Of a DNA stretch of 64,000 nt, positions 28,735 to 42,974 are shown in pieces. Origin of the DNA: Lama guanicoe (taxonomy: Eukaryota). The stretch is taken from contig MU054001.1 of NCBI GenBank assembly GCA_013239625.1, positions 4,318,167 to 4,382,166 of the forward strand, read 5' to 3'. Position numbers and translations under genes: made by a program. How positions within the stretch are numbered: the stretch's first letter is position 1; each line of letters opens with the position of its first letter. The notes under the pieces were generated by a model. It had not been told where the DNA came from. It did not search any database and saw only the letters and a list, made by a program, of their open reading frames with translations.

Positions 28735-29904
28735 CTTGGTCATGAAAGAAGTTTCCAAAGCCCCTGCGGAGAATCCAGTTTTACTCTTGTTCTTGTCCTA
28801 TGTTGGGAGTCACCTTCTGTTTTATGCCTATCAGACAAGTTTGGTCTTCCTCCCAACGAAACCATTCCTACTACATTTAGACAACCTCCAGAACACATCC
28901 CAAGCCCATTCACTTCCCTCTACTCCCATCCTGTCTGCTGAGTCCTGGCCACCAACACTTGTTGCCTCGGCCACAACAATACCTTTCCCAGTGGGGTCTC
29001 AGAGTGTCCACACTTAAACTTCTCAATCCCACATCTCACAGCACCCAGGCTGAAATTTTTAAAATATGAATTTGACTATATCCTCCTTCTTAAAGTGTAT
29101 AATAAAATCAAACTCTAGATTTTTTTCTGGCAAAACCCATTCCCCTCACTGTGTTCTGCATCTCAGTACATGGTGACTCCATTCTTCAAGTGGCCAAAAT
29201 CCTCGCCATCATCACCCTTAAATTTCTCTCTCCTTCCCACCCTCAGTGCTGCAGGCTCTACCTCAGACGATAGCCGCCTACTTTACAGGAAACACACCAA
29301 CACCACTTTGATCCAAACCAACGTTGCTTCCTGCCCAGATTAGTAAAACAGCCTACAAACTGGTTTCCCTGCTTCCACCGACGCCTCCCTTCAGTCTGTT
29401 CTCGCTCCAGGAACAAGATGATCTTTTGCAAAGGTAAGCCAAACAGTGTTTCTCCTCTGCCCCAATTTTCCAGCGGCTCTGCATCTGGCTCAGAGATCCT
29501 TACATCCACCAGGCTCTACCTGATCTGACCCCCATCTCCTCTCTGGCCTTGTGTCCTACCACCTGAGCCATGGCTGCAGCCACATGGGTGGGCTGACTGT
29601 TACAGAACTTTTCAGGATGCCCACCAGGTAGGGCCTGTGCACTTGCTGCCTTAGGCTGAAGCCACTTCTCTCTGTGCTCTCTGTACAGCTGTCTCTCATC
29701 CTCCAGGGTTCTGCTCCCACATTGCTGCCCCCGGGAGGCCTGCCCTGACCACACATTTCTGCAACAACACTCCTTCACTTCTGTTCCATTTAGCCAGCTT
29801 TATTGTTCTGTGTTAGCACTTACCTGCAGCACCGAACATTTCTTTGTCTACTCCTTTGTTCTCTGTCTTCCCTGACTATAATATAAGCTCCATGAAAACA
29901 GGGC

Positions 29905-30500
29905 TTTGGTTTGCAAGCCAGATGGACTTTAAGATGCACCCCCTCCCCAACCCATGAGCCCCACTTCAAATACATGTGAAAGGTGTTCACATCTTTGTGT
30001 AATTCCCTCCTCTTCTGTGTGAGTGGGGCCCGTGACTTGTCTCTAATCAATAGAATATGGCAGAATGATGGGCTGTTATTCCCATGGTTATGCTATATAT
30101 TATAAGACTTCGTCTTGGTAGCTGACTCACTCTCACTCACCTGCTGGCTTTGAAAGAGGAAGCTGCCATCTGTGAACTGTCTGAGGGCAGCAGCCAGAAA
30201 CTGAGCACCTCTGACCAATAGCCAGTTGAAAAACTGAAGCTCTCAGTCCAGTCACCACAAGGAAATGAATTCTACCAACAACTGGAGGGAGCCTGGAAAC
30301 AGACAAAGAATTCAGTTGAGCCTCCGGATGAGAACACAGCCCTGCAGACCCTCTGACTGCAGCCTGGCGAGAGCCTGGAGCAGAAAACTCAACTAAGTGG
30401 TGCCCAGACCCTTGACCCACTGAAACTGAGAGATAATAATGTCTGTTGTTCTTAGCTGCTAAATTTGTGGTAATCTGTTACTCAGCAATAGAAAACCAAC
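29905..30500 (+). mobile_element. MLT1-type MaLR solo LTR
   Basis: AAGGAAATGAATTCTACCAACAAC...CTGCTAAATTTGTGGTAATCTGTTACTCAGCAATAGAAAAC. Confidence 0.75.
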
Positions 30501-33014
30501 ATCATTTGTTTGTTTTGTTCATTGTTCTAGCCTGAGAACTTAGAACAGGATCCAGCATATAATAGGTGCCCAGTAAATGTCTGTTGAATGAGTATATTGT
30601 TATGAAAAAGCACAACAGAGAATACAAAGTAGACAACAGTGTTATGCTACTAGTTTTGTGTGTGTGTGTGTATCTGCATAAATGGAGAATTTCTCTAGAA
30701 GGATATACCAGAGACTGACAGAAGTCCGGGGAGGAAAACAAAAGAACTAGGAATCCAGGAAGGAGGAAGACTTTCATCTCATTTTATACCCATTTGAACT
30801 GTTTAAAAAATAATTTTACTCTATAAATGCATTGCTTAAACACACATATACAACAGAACAAAATAGCCCCCGTGACTTCACACTGTAATGGTTTGTAAAG
30901 TAAAATCACTTCTTCAGCACTAATTTAGGCAGTACTCTGCCTTCCCCATCCAAGCAACACCCCAGTCTGTTATTCATTTCCACTCCATCCCCCTCCAGGA
31001 TGTTTGGTGACAAGCATCTTCAACAAAAGAATTGCTACAGACAGAACTAAATATGTTCTGAACTTCCATATCATGCATTGACTGTCTCACAGCAAAGAAG
31101 CCAACTTCCAGACATGCGTAAGCCAAGCCATGAGGGCCTTTTCTACAGTAAAATGCACGACAAAGGGAGCCAAGTTTTTCCCTAATTGTTATCGTGTATC
31201 CAGTCTAAAAGGCATCTCATTCAAGAAAAATTTGAATAATTTAAGTTCCAGAGTTACCCTGGAGTTTGGGGATGGTCTGATAAGTTTTGAAAAAGGGGGC
31301 CAAAATAAGGGGGGCAATTTCCATATTTGTTGGGCAGAGGTAAAAAAAAAAGCCAACTGAAGTTTGCAGAATGAGGACAAATGGATATATTACACAGCCA
31401 GGAAAATGGAGTCACAGAATACAGCCTAGGGCTCTGAGAGGCACACACTGTATGCCACAAATAGAAATTGACAAGGTGACGATTTACCAAAAAAAAATCC
31501 CAAACAACCTTGGAGACATCATGAGAGGGAACAGTTTTAAATTTGTAACCCCCAGTCTGTTTTGGAACTAGCCTACATAACAAATTTGAGATATGCTGAA
31601 AGCTATTTCTCTGAGTGCTCTAGAAAATATTTAAGACAGAGTTACTCACTCTCAGTAATTAATGAGGGACTATGACCAGAGCAAAACAAGATTATTGACC
31701 TTGTTCAAAGTTCTAAAACTGAATCTGAGAACACACAACCATAATGAGTGTTCAATGATTAATCAGTATCTGTGAATTAATGGCTAAAAAAGAATGAGTT
31801 ATAATATATCATCTTTGTACAGCTTCTCAAATCATAATTCATTTCATGTGAGTGTGTATATGTGTGTGTGTGTGTGAAATATTTCAGTTTTTCATAGGTG
31901 GGCTTGATCAATCTGTTCAAGCTATGCATTTTGCTAATGTGGCTACAAGGTCATGACTTTGAATCCTATGGAGATCAAGAGCTGTGCTCAGTCTCCTGGC
32001 TGAAGTCACATCCTTCCCAAGAAGCATTTGGATACTTAACTAATTGGCATTATGGCCATTCAGTCACTCATACCTACACTCATTCACTCATTCCACTGAC
32101 GTTTAACACTGGGGACAAGGGCATTGCTCACAGTCCAGTGGTCCATGGGTGTGTGGGTGTGTATTCTAATCTATATATGTCATGGTAGCCCATCTTTTTT
32201 CAATTGGCAGGAATGCAGGCAACTGGAGGACAGGCATATGGGATGCGTAACTCGAATGGGGCACCTGCGAGCCCCTGGAGCAGAGGGTCCAGGTGACACA
32301 TCCTTGCATTCCCAAGTGATGAGAAGGAGGAAAGAACAATGATCGGGGGAAGCTAGCCTAACGTATCTCAAAGAACAAAAATTACACATCCTCCTCATTC
32401 TTACTCCTAACAGCCTGCTGGACACAAGTAATGACCACTTCTGTTCTAAAACCGTTCAAATCCATTTCATATTGCAATCAGGCAGTTGAGAAAATTTGAC
32501 TCTAGTGGAAGCCTACATTCATCTATAATATTATATGACCTATAGCACATTTTCCCAAATCACTGAATTAAATATCTTACTACCAAATACGAGAGACCCC
32601 TGCCAATAATGTTCTCTTACCTTTATTCCTTTATAGCCATTTCAACTCATGAATTATTAAAGAAGTGAGAGGAAATGGAAAGTGAATAAGAGAGTTGCTT
32701 GAAACATCCCTGCGGAGTTGGACGAGCTTTCATGTAATAACACATAATGGGCTTCCAGGGATGGAGATGGAGGATAAAGGATTCACTCTTTAAATGTCAG
32801 ACACACATTTGAAAAAAAAACTCAATTTCAAGCATACATTAAAATTAGGTACTTTTTTTGTGTGTCTCTCAGATTGACAAAGATTGAACAGTGTGATTAT
32901 ACCCAGTGCCGGTGAGGATATGGGAGACACAAGCCTTGTGAAACAGAGCAAATGTTTCAGTGGATTATTTTGGTCCTATCCATCAAGTTTAAAATGTTTA
33001 AGTCTTCTGTCCCA

Positions 33015-33375
33015 AGGTCTTAGTCTACCCAGGCTGCCATAACAGAACATCACAGACTGGGTGGCTGCCTGAAACAACAGAAATTTGTTTTCTCACAGTT
33101 CTGGAGGCTGGAAGTCCAAGATCAAGGTGCTGTAGGAGTTGGATTCTGGTGAGAACTCTCCTTTTGGCTCGTAGATGACATCTTTTCCCTGTGTCCTAAA
33201 TGTGCACACACAGGAAGAGAGAGGTCTCTGGAGTCTCTTCCTCTCCTTAAAAGGACACCAGTTCTGTTTGATTAGGGTCCACCCTTATGACTTCGTTTAA
33301 CCTTAGTCACCTTCCTAAAGACTCTATCTCCAAATACACATTGGGGGTTAGGATTTCAACATGTGGACTTTGCAG
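33015..33375 (-). mobile_element. MLT1A/B-type solo LTR
   Basis: GGCTGCCATAACAGAACATCACAGACTGGGTGGC...TCTCACAGTTCTGGAGGCTGGAAGTCCAAGATCAAGGTG. Confidence 0.8.
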
Positions 33376-34667
33376 AGGGCAGGGAATTAGGGACACACTC
33401 TAAGTGCATGATGCCCAGCAAATCCAGTTTTAGAGATTTATCCCACGCATGTGTTTGCACACGTGCACAAAGAACTTTCAGTAAGAATATTTAAAATTGG
33501 ATTGTCTGCAGTAGCCAAGAACTGAAAACAACCTAAGCATCCATCAAGAGGGGTCTAGTCAGACAAATTAAGGTGCACTCAGTCAATAAAATACTGCTTT
33601 GCAGCTGTTAAATGAATGGGCCAGCACTGAACATACTGACATGAGGAACTCACTAAAATATATCATTAAGTGAAAAAAGCAAGGTGAGAGAAGTGTGTAC
33701 AGTATGATCCAATTTCTGTAAAAGAAAAAAAAAGTTTAAGCATCACTATTTTCTGGAAGGATTTAGAAGAAACCATTGGCAGTCATTACATCCAAGGAGT
33801 GGACTTGGAGCATGAGGAGGAAGAATTTGTTCCTTATCCCCTTCCGTACTGTTTGTTCTTTGCCCACCCTCACTCCTAGGTGGAGGTGTTACTTTTTTTT
33901 TTTTGGAGGTAAATTCACATAGAAAAACATTCACCACTTCATCTAGAAGTGTACAGTTCAGTGGCACTTGGTGCATTCATAACATTATTCAGCCATCACT
34001 TCCCTCTGGCTCCAAACATCTTTATCACCCCATGTGGGCAGTCACTCCCCCTGCTCCCTAACCCAACCCCTAGCAACCATGAATATGCTTTATATCTCTA
34101 TGGATTCACCTTCTTTTGCAATCTTTTGCTATCATAAACACCGCTGTAAGGAAGGTTTTCATAGAAGTCCGTGCCATTCTACTTATTAAAAGTATGTCCT
34201 TTCATAAATATTTTATTATTATTTTCTAGATTAATCCCCAGACCTACCCAAGTAATCATCAAGGTGATCCCCCTTGACAGATGCAGAAATGAAGGTGCAA
34301 TTTAGGTAAGCACGTTCTTACACTTTTTATACCTGTTGTCCCTCCTGGACTAAAACATTGTTTTTCAGACTAGGATGTATTGCTCTGATTTTCCAGTATC
34401 GCATTTCATCTCATTCCTGTTAGACAAGAACTTATCAATTGCCTTTTCAAGTGCAATTTCACATGTAGTTCGGCAAGTATTTCCATCCACACACTAGTGG
34501 ATTAGATCTCAGAAATCAGCTTTGAGGTTCGTTGCTTGGATCTCAGAATGTACCAGCAATTTTGAGTCTTTGGGTGGAAGATTTCCCTCTTGAATTTACT
34601 TCCCATGTTATTGGCAATGACATGACGAATGTAGAGAGGACCATCATATTCTCCCACTAGTATTCTC

Positions 34668-34785
34668 CTTTTCTTTTGTTTTTTTGGCGGTGGGGGGAAT
34701 TAGGTTTTTTTTTTTTTTTAACGGAGGTACCCAGGACCTTGTTCATGCTAAGCATATGCTCTACTACTGAGCTATCTCCTCCCTC
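34668..34785 (-). mobile_element. tRNA-derived SINE, internally deleted
   Basis: Plus strand CCCAGGACCTT...CATGCTAAGCAT...CTACTACTGAGCTAT; flanking CACTAG(T/G)ATT direct repeat. Confidence 0.75.
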
Positions 34786-36239
34786 CAACACTAGGATTTT
34801 CTAATATTCATTTTTTGTTTTTGTTTTTGTTTTTTCAGTTCAAACAGTTACATTGTTCTGCCTAATTAGGTCTAGATAGAATTTATTTGATTATCAAATT
34901 AATTTCTGTTAAATAGACATTTGGGCTGGAGTAAGGCAATTTTTAATATCGACAGAAGGAAATTAGTTTGATAAATGAAAATAAGAATTCTCCTCCATCC
35001 TATGGCAAGAAATCCAAGATAACTGCACACTGACTAGCACTACTCCATGGGTATGGCTAAAGTACAAAACTCTTGCACACCCAGAATGTAAATGTGTGAA
35101 CTTAACAAATTTTACACACACACCGTTATTCCCCTTAAAACATAACTTAAATATGTCTTGTGTTGCTTTGGGTTCCTCCAGAAGCGGACACTAAACCAAG
35201 GGTTCAATGCAAACAGTTCATGAGGGAGGTGATCCCAGTGGGGCGAGGGGAAGCCAGATGGGGAAGGTCTCAGCGATAAAAGGTCTGTTTTCAAGCAGGG
35301 TACCAGTGTGAGTAAGTAAGGCTTAATCTTGCAGGAGAATGCTGGGACCTCAGAGCCACCCGGTTCAGGGCGCAAGTGTGCTGGGTATTCATACACCTCC
35401 GCCTGCCAGCCAACACGGAGGGATGGGGAAGGGAGACGTTTCATCCATTCCTTGTATTTCTGACTGGTGATGCTGGGGCAAAGAAAGACCTGGAGGCCAA
35501 AGAAAGTCCTCGGGCCAGGAAATGTGCAGCTTGGCAGCCGGCAGTCAGGCTGGTGTGCGCCAGAATGGCAAGGATCAGGGTAGATCTTGCAGGACGGCAT
35601 CTGCCACGTCTCTCTCTCCCTGAAACTTCCAAGTAGGGTTAATTGCCTCTTTTCTCCTGTTTCCTCCAGAATGTATTCGGCTGCCTACGTCATTGCACAT
35701 CACAGAGACCCACAGGCCTCTCATTCTCTGCAGGGACCCTGCAAGCCCGTGATGGCAGTAACAAAGACTTCCTCACCTTCCAGGACTGGCAGGAAAGGGC
35801 GCGGGGAGCCCTACACAACATGCGGCTTCCAGATGCCAGGCTCTGTCTAAAGCACTCTTTAAAGCAATGAAAAAACCTGAACACAGGCTGTTTCTCAGGT
35901 TTCTGGTTGTTATCCTTCTCTCCAAATGTAAAGAGCAGAGATCTGGACCAATTTGTGGAGTTCAAAATATAATGTCCTAAATAAATGTACATATCAAATG
36001 ATGATAAGTACTAAAGAAAAAATACAGTAGAATAAGGGGGCATAGTGTGCATTATTTCAGATGAGGGTGTGGGAAGGCTCTCTGATAAAGGGACATTATT
36101 ATATATGTTATATATAATATATATATAGCTCCTCCTTATCTTGTGCATAGATATTCACACAAGTACTAGAACATTCACCACAGCATTGTCTGTGGCAGCA
36201 AAAGACTGGACACAATCTAGACATCTCTCTAGGTAAGAA

Positions 36240-36475
36240 ACATTTGTATAGCTTTTAATATATGTTAAGCACTGTTCTGTGTTTTACAAATATTAACCCA
36301 ATCCTCAACAACAAACCTATTAAGTGCCTGATGCCAGTATTCCCTTTCTCAGGTGAGAAAACTGAGGCAGAGAAATTAAGTCATTTGTCTAAGTTTACAC
36401 AGTGAGAGAGCGGTAGAGGCAGGATTCAAACCCAGACTGTCTGGCTCCAGAGTCTGATCTCTTGACCTTGCAGTG
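36240..36475 (-). mobile_element. MIR SINE
   Basis: GAGAAAACTGAGGCAGAGAAATTAAGTCATTTGTCTAAG...AGGATTCAAACCCAGAC core. Confidence 0.8.
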
Positions 36476-38574
36476 CTGCGTCCCTCTCCAAGGGCAGACT
36501 AATTAAATCGTGAATCCATCCCTTGAGTGGAATTCTGTGGTGCTACTGAAAAAAAGGGGGGCGTGGGGAGCAGTTCTATATGTGTTGATGTGGAAATGTG
36601 TCTAAGATATTAACAAACGACATGAAGCTATTGAGAGGTATAGAGTACACGGACGTTTGTTTACAAAACAGGGGAATGACACATGCAAGTATGAGCTTTA
36701 TCATGCAAAGACCATTTCTAGATGGATACATGCAAAACCAGTATGGGTACTTATTTTTGGGAAGAGGAACAGGGAGGCAGAAAAACTTTTCTAGGATTTT
36801 CTTGGTCGTTGTTTCTTGGTCGAAGAAGTTGTGAACTACTTCACATACACATGTAACACCTATTTTATTAACTATAACTTTAAAAAATTGAAAGGAAATA
36901 TAACTTCTTTCAACAGAGCAATGGAAAATGTCATCTTCTGAATTTTTCAGAACTTATTCTACTTTATACTTCAAGGTCAAAGTGGAAGACCAAAAGTGAA
37001 AACTTCCATATCTTTCATATGGCTTAATTTTTTTCTTTTCGGTAGCTTATTTGTTTTATTTTTATCAAATTGTGTAATGCATTAAATTCCTGTGTAAATT
37101 TTAATGAAAATCTTTGCACAATAGAGAGTTATCTCCTTAGAGGGTGTAATGTCTTAAAAAAACTGCCATGATTTTACACTTATTTTCTGGCTTGTACACT
37201 AATCTTTGAAATAAAAAAGGAAAAACGGAAGGCAACTATTTCAAACACTTTCATGAAATCTTCTCAGCTCCATGTTCTCTACTTGTTCCATTATCTATAA
37301 TTTAAAATCTCATGGCCCTAAAAACAAATCCACTATTCCTTTCGTTCAATAGAATTCATTCCACAAAAATCTTCATTTCTTCCTATTTTACTTGAATTAC
37401 TTTAGTTATTTTTATGTTGAATAAACTCAGGAAATAGGTTCCTACAAATGAGAGTAGGAATGTATTTTTCCTGGCTTCATTCATACTAAATGGGAGTAAT
37501 TGAAGGCTGTACTCCTTTGTTTAAAAAGAATTTGTTCTTTTCATGGACAGGCGTACACTGATGAAAATGTTAAAATTTTAGGACAACTGTGTTCTCATAA
37601 TTAGGGTTCCTATATGAGACTAGGGAGGCTAAAAATATATTTAAGCAAATACTAGAAACCACTTGCTTATAACTTTTCACTCTGCATTGAAAAAAATGAC
37701 TCAATTTAATTCCGTTCATTAAAATAAGAAAATGCTCAATTAAGTGGGCCAAAATAGTTTTAATTAAAGATATAAATTCTCTAACAGGGTAAAATTTGAG
37801 AATCTTCCACTATATGAAGACATAACTTTTTTTTTTTTGGTTCGATAATAAAACTAAGGTGAACTTTTAACTCAAAGAAGGGGTAAGCTTTAAAAAGAGT
37901 ATTCACTAAAATTTTGAAACTCTGAGAGTTTGTTACCAACAGAAGCAGTAAGCAGGTTTTGAAGTCTGGCGGGGGAAACCAATTTCTTTAAAAAGGAAGT
38001 TAAGATTTCCTAGGTAAATGCTTCCTCAACTCAAACTACAGGTAAACTACAGGTATGTTCCCCCTCCTTTGGGACTGGCTGCCCATCTTGACAAATAGTC
38101 CACTAATCAATTAGTTTCACAAGCTGGAAACCAGTATCGCCTTGGGATTTTCTCTCGCTCTGTCCTCCAGGTCCAAAGCATCACCAATTCATTCATGTAT
38201 TCATTTATAGTAAATGAACAGGTGGGACTCCTTCCTTCAGCGACTGCCTTGTCTCCTTTTTTCCCTTCACAAATCTCTCTGAAGGCTGGTCTCTGCCCCA
38301 GCTTCACTCCCTCTCCTCCCACACTCCTCCAACTCCCCCAAGTCTGAGTTCTGACCTGATCATTCCATGGAAGTAGCTCTTGCTACCGTCACAGGTGGCA
38401 TCCGAGTCACTAAATCAGTGGTCATTTTTCATCTCTCCTCTTCCTGGACCTTAACTGTATTCCACATTCTTGGCCCCTTTCTCTTTCTGAAAGCAGCATC
38501 CCTTAGTGTCCCTGATTTTACCCATTCTGATTTCTCTCTTACCTCTCTGGTTACTCTTATGTATCCATTTAGTT

Positions 38575-38712
38575 CGTTTTGTTTTGATTTTGGAGGAGGA
38601 GGTAATTAGGTTGATTTATTATTATTATGCTTTATTTAATGGAGGTACTGGGGATCGAACACATGACCTTGCACATGCTAAGCACACGCACTACCCCTGA
38701 GCTCTACCCTCT
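38575..38712 (-). mobile_element. tRNA-derived SINE (Vic-1-like)
   Basis: GGAGGTAATTAGG...GGAGGTACTGGGGATCGAAC...CATGCTAAGCAC; TSD CTCTTATGTATCC (38554-38566 / 38714-38726). Confidence 0.85.
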
Positions 38713-39129
38713 TCTCTTATGTATCCTTTTAGGTTCTTCCTCCAACCAGGCCATTAAATATTAGATTTTAAGGGTCTCAGTCCTCCTCCTTTTCTCTACC
38801 TCTTTCTAGACGAGTAGTTCTCAAACTGTGTCCCATAGATCCTTTTCAGGGGCCTACAAGGTCAAAACTATTTTCACAACGATGCTAAAGCATCACTTGC
38901 CTCTGTCTCTGTGTTGACACGTTGGCACTGGGGGCACAAAAGCAGTGGTGGGTAAACCTGTTGGTGGCCAGTATCAATCAAGGCACTGGCACCTCCTGTA
39001 CTAATAGTCACTGTATTCTTCCCTATCATGCACTTACAGAAAAAAATAGTCAGCAGCACTTAACCTGATGAGTTAGTAAAAAATATTAAAGTTTATTAAA
39101 ACTTGACTCTTGAATCTAGGTCTTTTCCT

Positions 39130-40280
39130 GTATAGATATCAGTTACTCTAGCACCATTTGTTGGAAAGACTATTATTTCTCCATCGAATTAATCTGGCAC
39201 TTTAGTGGAAAAGCAATTGGTCATATAATTATGGGTCTAGAGGGAGGGTAAAACTCAGTGGTAGAGTGCATGCTTAGCATGCACAAGGTGCTGGGTTCAA
39301 TCCCCAAGACCTCTGTTAATAAATAAATGAAACATTTAAAAATAATGGGTCTCTTTCTAAACTCTCAATTTGTTACAATGATTTCTATGTCTTTCCTTAT
39401 GCCAATACCATACTGTCTCAATTACTATAGCTTTATAGTAAGTTTTAAAATCAGGTGGTATAAGTCTTCTAATTTTGTTCTTCTCTTTAAAAGTTGTTTT
39501 GGATACTTTAAGTCTTTTGCTTTTCCTCACAAATTTTAGAGTCAGCTTGTCAATTTCTACAGAAAAGCCTGCTGGGATTTTGACAGGGACTGCCTTGAAT
39601 CCTTCTGGGGAGAAGTGTCATCTTCCAATCTACTGACATGGTATATTTCTCCATTCATTTAGGTTTCCTTTAATTTCTCTCAGCAATGTTTTGTAGTTTT
39701 CAATGTACAGATATTAAATGTCCTCTATAAATTTATTCTTAAGTATGTTTTTGGATGCTATTATAAATAGAATTGTTATATGAATTTCTTTTTTAAATGT
39801 ATTCCTAGTATATAGACATACAACTGACTTTTATGTATTAATCCTGTATGCTGCGACCTTGCCAAATTTACTTACTACTTTTAGTAGCTTTTTTGTATGT
39901 TCCTTAAGATTTTCTAATAATCATGTCAACAGCAAACAAAGGCAGTCTCACCTCCTCTTTTCTGATACATATGTCTTCTTTATTGATTTGCTTGCTTTAT
40001 TGCTCTGGTTAGGATCACCAACGTGATGCTGAATAAAAGAAGTGAGAATGGAAATCCTTGCCATGTTTCTGATCTTAGGCAGAAATAATTCAGTCTTCTA
40101 CCAATAAGTATGACATTAGCTCTAGTTTTTTGTAGATGTTCTTTAAAAGGTTGAGAAAGTTTCCCTCTATTCCTAGTTTGCTGAGAATGTTAGATTTTTG
40201 TCAAATGCTTTTTCCACACCTATTAAGATAATCATGTTTTCTACTTTAACTCTGTACAAATAACAGAATATGTGCATCAA
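39130..40280 (-). mobile_element. Decayed L1 ORF2 fragment
   Basis: AGCACCATTTGTTGGAAAGACT, AATTTTGTTCTTC and GTCAAATGCTTTTTC antisense L1 motifs. Confidence 0.8.
39240..39340 (+). mobile_element. tRNA-derived SINE inserted in L1
   Basis: GGGAGGGTAAAACTCAGTGGTAGAGTGCATGCTTAGCATGCACAAGG...GGTTCAATCCCC; TSD about AAT(T/A)ATGGGTCT. Confidence 0.85.
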
Positions 40281-41829
40281 CTGGTTTAAACTGTAGTAAA
40301 TTTTTGTCTCATAAAAAAATCCAATGAGAGTTAGACTGCTAACTCTTTTTTGTGGCTGAAAGCTGGTTCCAGTATTGCTGCTTTTGCTTTCAATCTGTTG
40401 CAATGCGTTTTTATTTTTTAATTGACGTATAGTCAGTTTACAATGTTTTGTCAATTTCTTATCTTTGCCTCACTCCCTCTGGCCCCAGGACCTTTGCACA
40501 GGCTGTTCTCTCTTCCTGGGAACTGTTCTCCCTACTTCTTCACCTAGTTTACTGTCTTATCTAGTTAATACCTCTCCAAGTAAGCCTCCCCTGACCTCCC
40601 TGGCTAGATCAAATCTCTCTTATGGCTTCACAGCAGCATATACTCCCTCTCTGTAGCACTTTTCACTTTGTAATTTTACATTGATTATGTCTGTTTCCTA
40701 CTGATCCACAAGGTCTGTAAACACAAGGAGGACCATGTCTATTTTTCTTACCGTGGTACCCTCAGTAGTAGAGTGCTTGGTACACAGTTCAGCAAGTGCT
40801 AACATTCTGATCAAGAATGAAGTGCTGTGAAGGAAGGGTATATAGTACAAGATGCTATGAGCATCTAGAACACCAGCTCCTGGTCTTGTCTGGAGGATTA
40901 GAGAAAGTTTCCCTATGAAATTGCTATTTGAGCTGAGTTTTGAAGGATGAGTAAGAGTTAAGTAGATTAAGTGGAAACAGAAGCCAGACGGTGGGTATGC
41001 ATACACACAGAACACAAAGGAGCGTGGTGCATTCAAACCACTGAATAAAGGACAGAATGGGTGAAACTTAGAGAAAAAGGCAGTAGCAGAACAGGAGAAA
41101 TCAGAGGGTCAAGCAGGACCAGACCACATATGGTTAGGATGACCATCTAATTTAATGTCTAAACTGGAGCACCTCTTTTCCCCTATTTAAAAAAACATTA
41201 TTTTCCTAAGTTTTAATTTTGATTTAATTTCAAATTAATGAAAAATGCAAGAATAATTCAAAGAAGTTCCAGGTACCCTTTACCCAATTGTTTATATTTT
41301 GCCCCATTTGCTTTACTTCTCTTTACATTTATATATAGATGATTTTTTTTTTCTGAGTCATATGAGAGTAAGTCAGAGACATCATGCTCCTTTACTCCTA
41401 AGTGCCTCAATATGTATTTCCTAAAAACAAGGACATTCCCTTTCATAAACGCAGTGATCCAATCAGGAATTTAACAGTGATAAAACTATTATCAAGTCCA
41501 CGTTACAAATTCAACTTGGTCAGTCATCTTAGTTATTTCCACTATAGCTGCTTCTATGCTGGTCCCAGATCCAATCTTGGGTCTTATGCTGTCTTATTAG
41601 TTTCCCTTAATCTTAACCCAGGGCTCTTCTGATAGTCAAACAGAGTCCTGGACTTATGTTAATAATTATGCTGGACTCTCAGGCAAGCCTGGACATGTGA
41701 TCATGCTACTTGCAGTTTATGGCAAGGATTTTGAACTTTATCTCATGGATAATGGGAACCATCAAAGTGCTAGAGCATAAAAGCAAGGAAGCAACGTGAC
41801 TTAACTCATGTTTCAAAAAGACTACCCTC

Positions 41830-42708
41830 CCAGATGGCCGATAGGCATGTGAAAAGATGCTCAACATCACTGACTATTAGAGAAGTACAAATCAAAACTA
41901 CAATGAGGTATCATCTTACACCAGTCAGAATGGCCATCATTTAGAAAAAAAAGTCTGCAAATATTAAATGCTGGAGAGGGTGTGGAGGAAAGGGAAACCT
42001 CTCAGATTGTTGGTGGGATTATAAATTGGTGCAGCCAATGGAAAACAGAATGGAGATTCCTTAGGAAACAAAAAGTAGAGTTGCCATGTGAAACAGCAAT
42101 CTCATTCCTGGGCATATATCTGGAGAAAACTCTAATTCGAAAGGATACATGTACCCAAGTGTTCACAGCAGCACTATTTACAATAGCCAAGATGTGAAAG
42201 CAACCTAAATGTCCATTGACAGAAGACTGGATAAAGAAGATGTGGTATATATATACAATGGAATGCTACTCAGCCATGAAAAAGAATGAAATAATGCCAT
42301 TTGCAGCAACATGGTTGGACCTAGAGATTATCATACAAAGTGAAGTGAATCAGACAGAGAAAGACAAATACCATACAACATCACTTATATGTGGAATCTA
42401 AAATATGATACAAATGAACTTATTTACAAAACAGAAACAGACTCACTCACAGACACTGAGAAAACAAACTATGTCTACCAAAGGGGAAAGAGGCGGGGAG
42501 AGGGATAAATTAGGAGTCTGGGATTAGCAGATACCAACTACTATATACAAAATAGATAAAAGATCCTATTGTAGCACAGGGAACTATATTCAATATCCTG
42601 TAATAGACCATAATATGTGTGTAACTGAATCACTTTGCTGTATGCTAGAAACGAACACAACATTTAAATCAGCTATATTTCAATAACAATTTTTTAAAAA
42701 ATAAAATA
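41830..42708 (+). mobile_element. 5'-truncated, relatively young L1
   Basis: ORF2 C-terminus (WIKKMWYIYTMECYSAMKKNEIMPFAATWLDLEII), 3' UTR and A-tail; TSD AAAAAGACTACCCTC (41815-41829) / AAAAAGACTACTCTC (42709-42723). Confidence 0.92.
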
Positions 42709-42974
42709 AAAAAGACTACTCTCACCCCAATGTGGAGAAAAGGTAAAAATGGGGGCAATATTTGTTTAATAAAACACTAAAGATTAAATGAATAAAGAAA
42801 TCTGTTAATAGACAATTGCATTTAGAAGTGCTTGGAATAATTTTTGACTTAAAGTTGGAAGAGTAACCAGCTCAATATAAAATCACAATTCTCAATCCGA
42901 TGTCCATGGGTGAATTGAAAAAAATCCATAAACAATCTGAACTCTGATGCAGAATGAAGATATGTATATGTATA

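Noticed and set aside
35112..35992. Cluster of overlapping ORFs up to 162 aa
   Set aside because: No recognisable domain or splice structure; overlaps what looks like an old LTR remnant in mildly GC-rich DNA.
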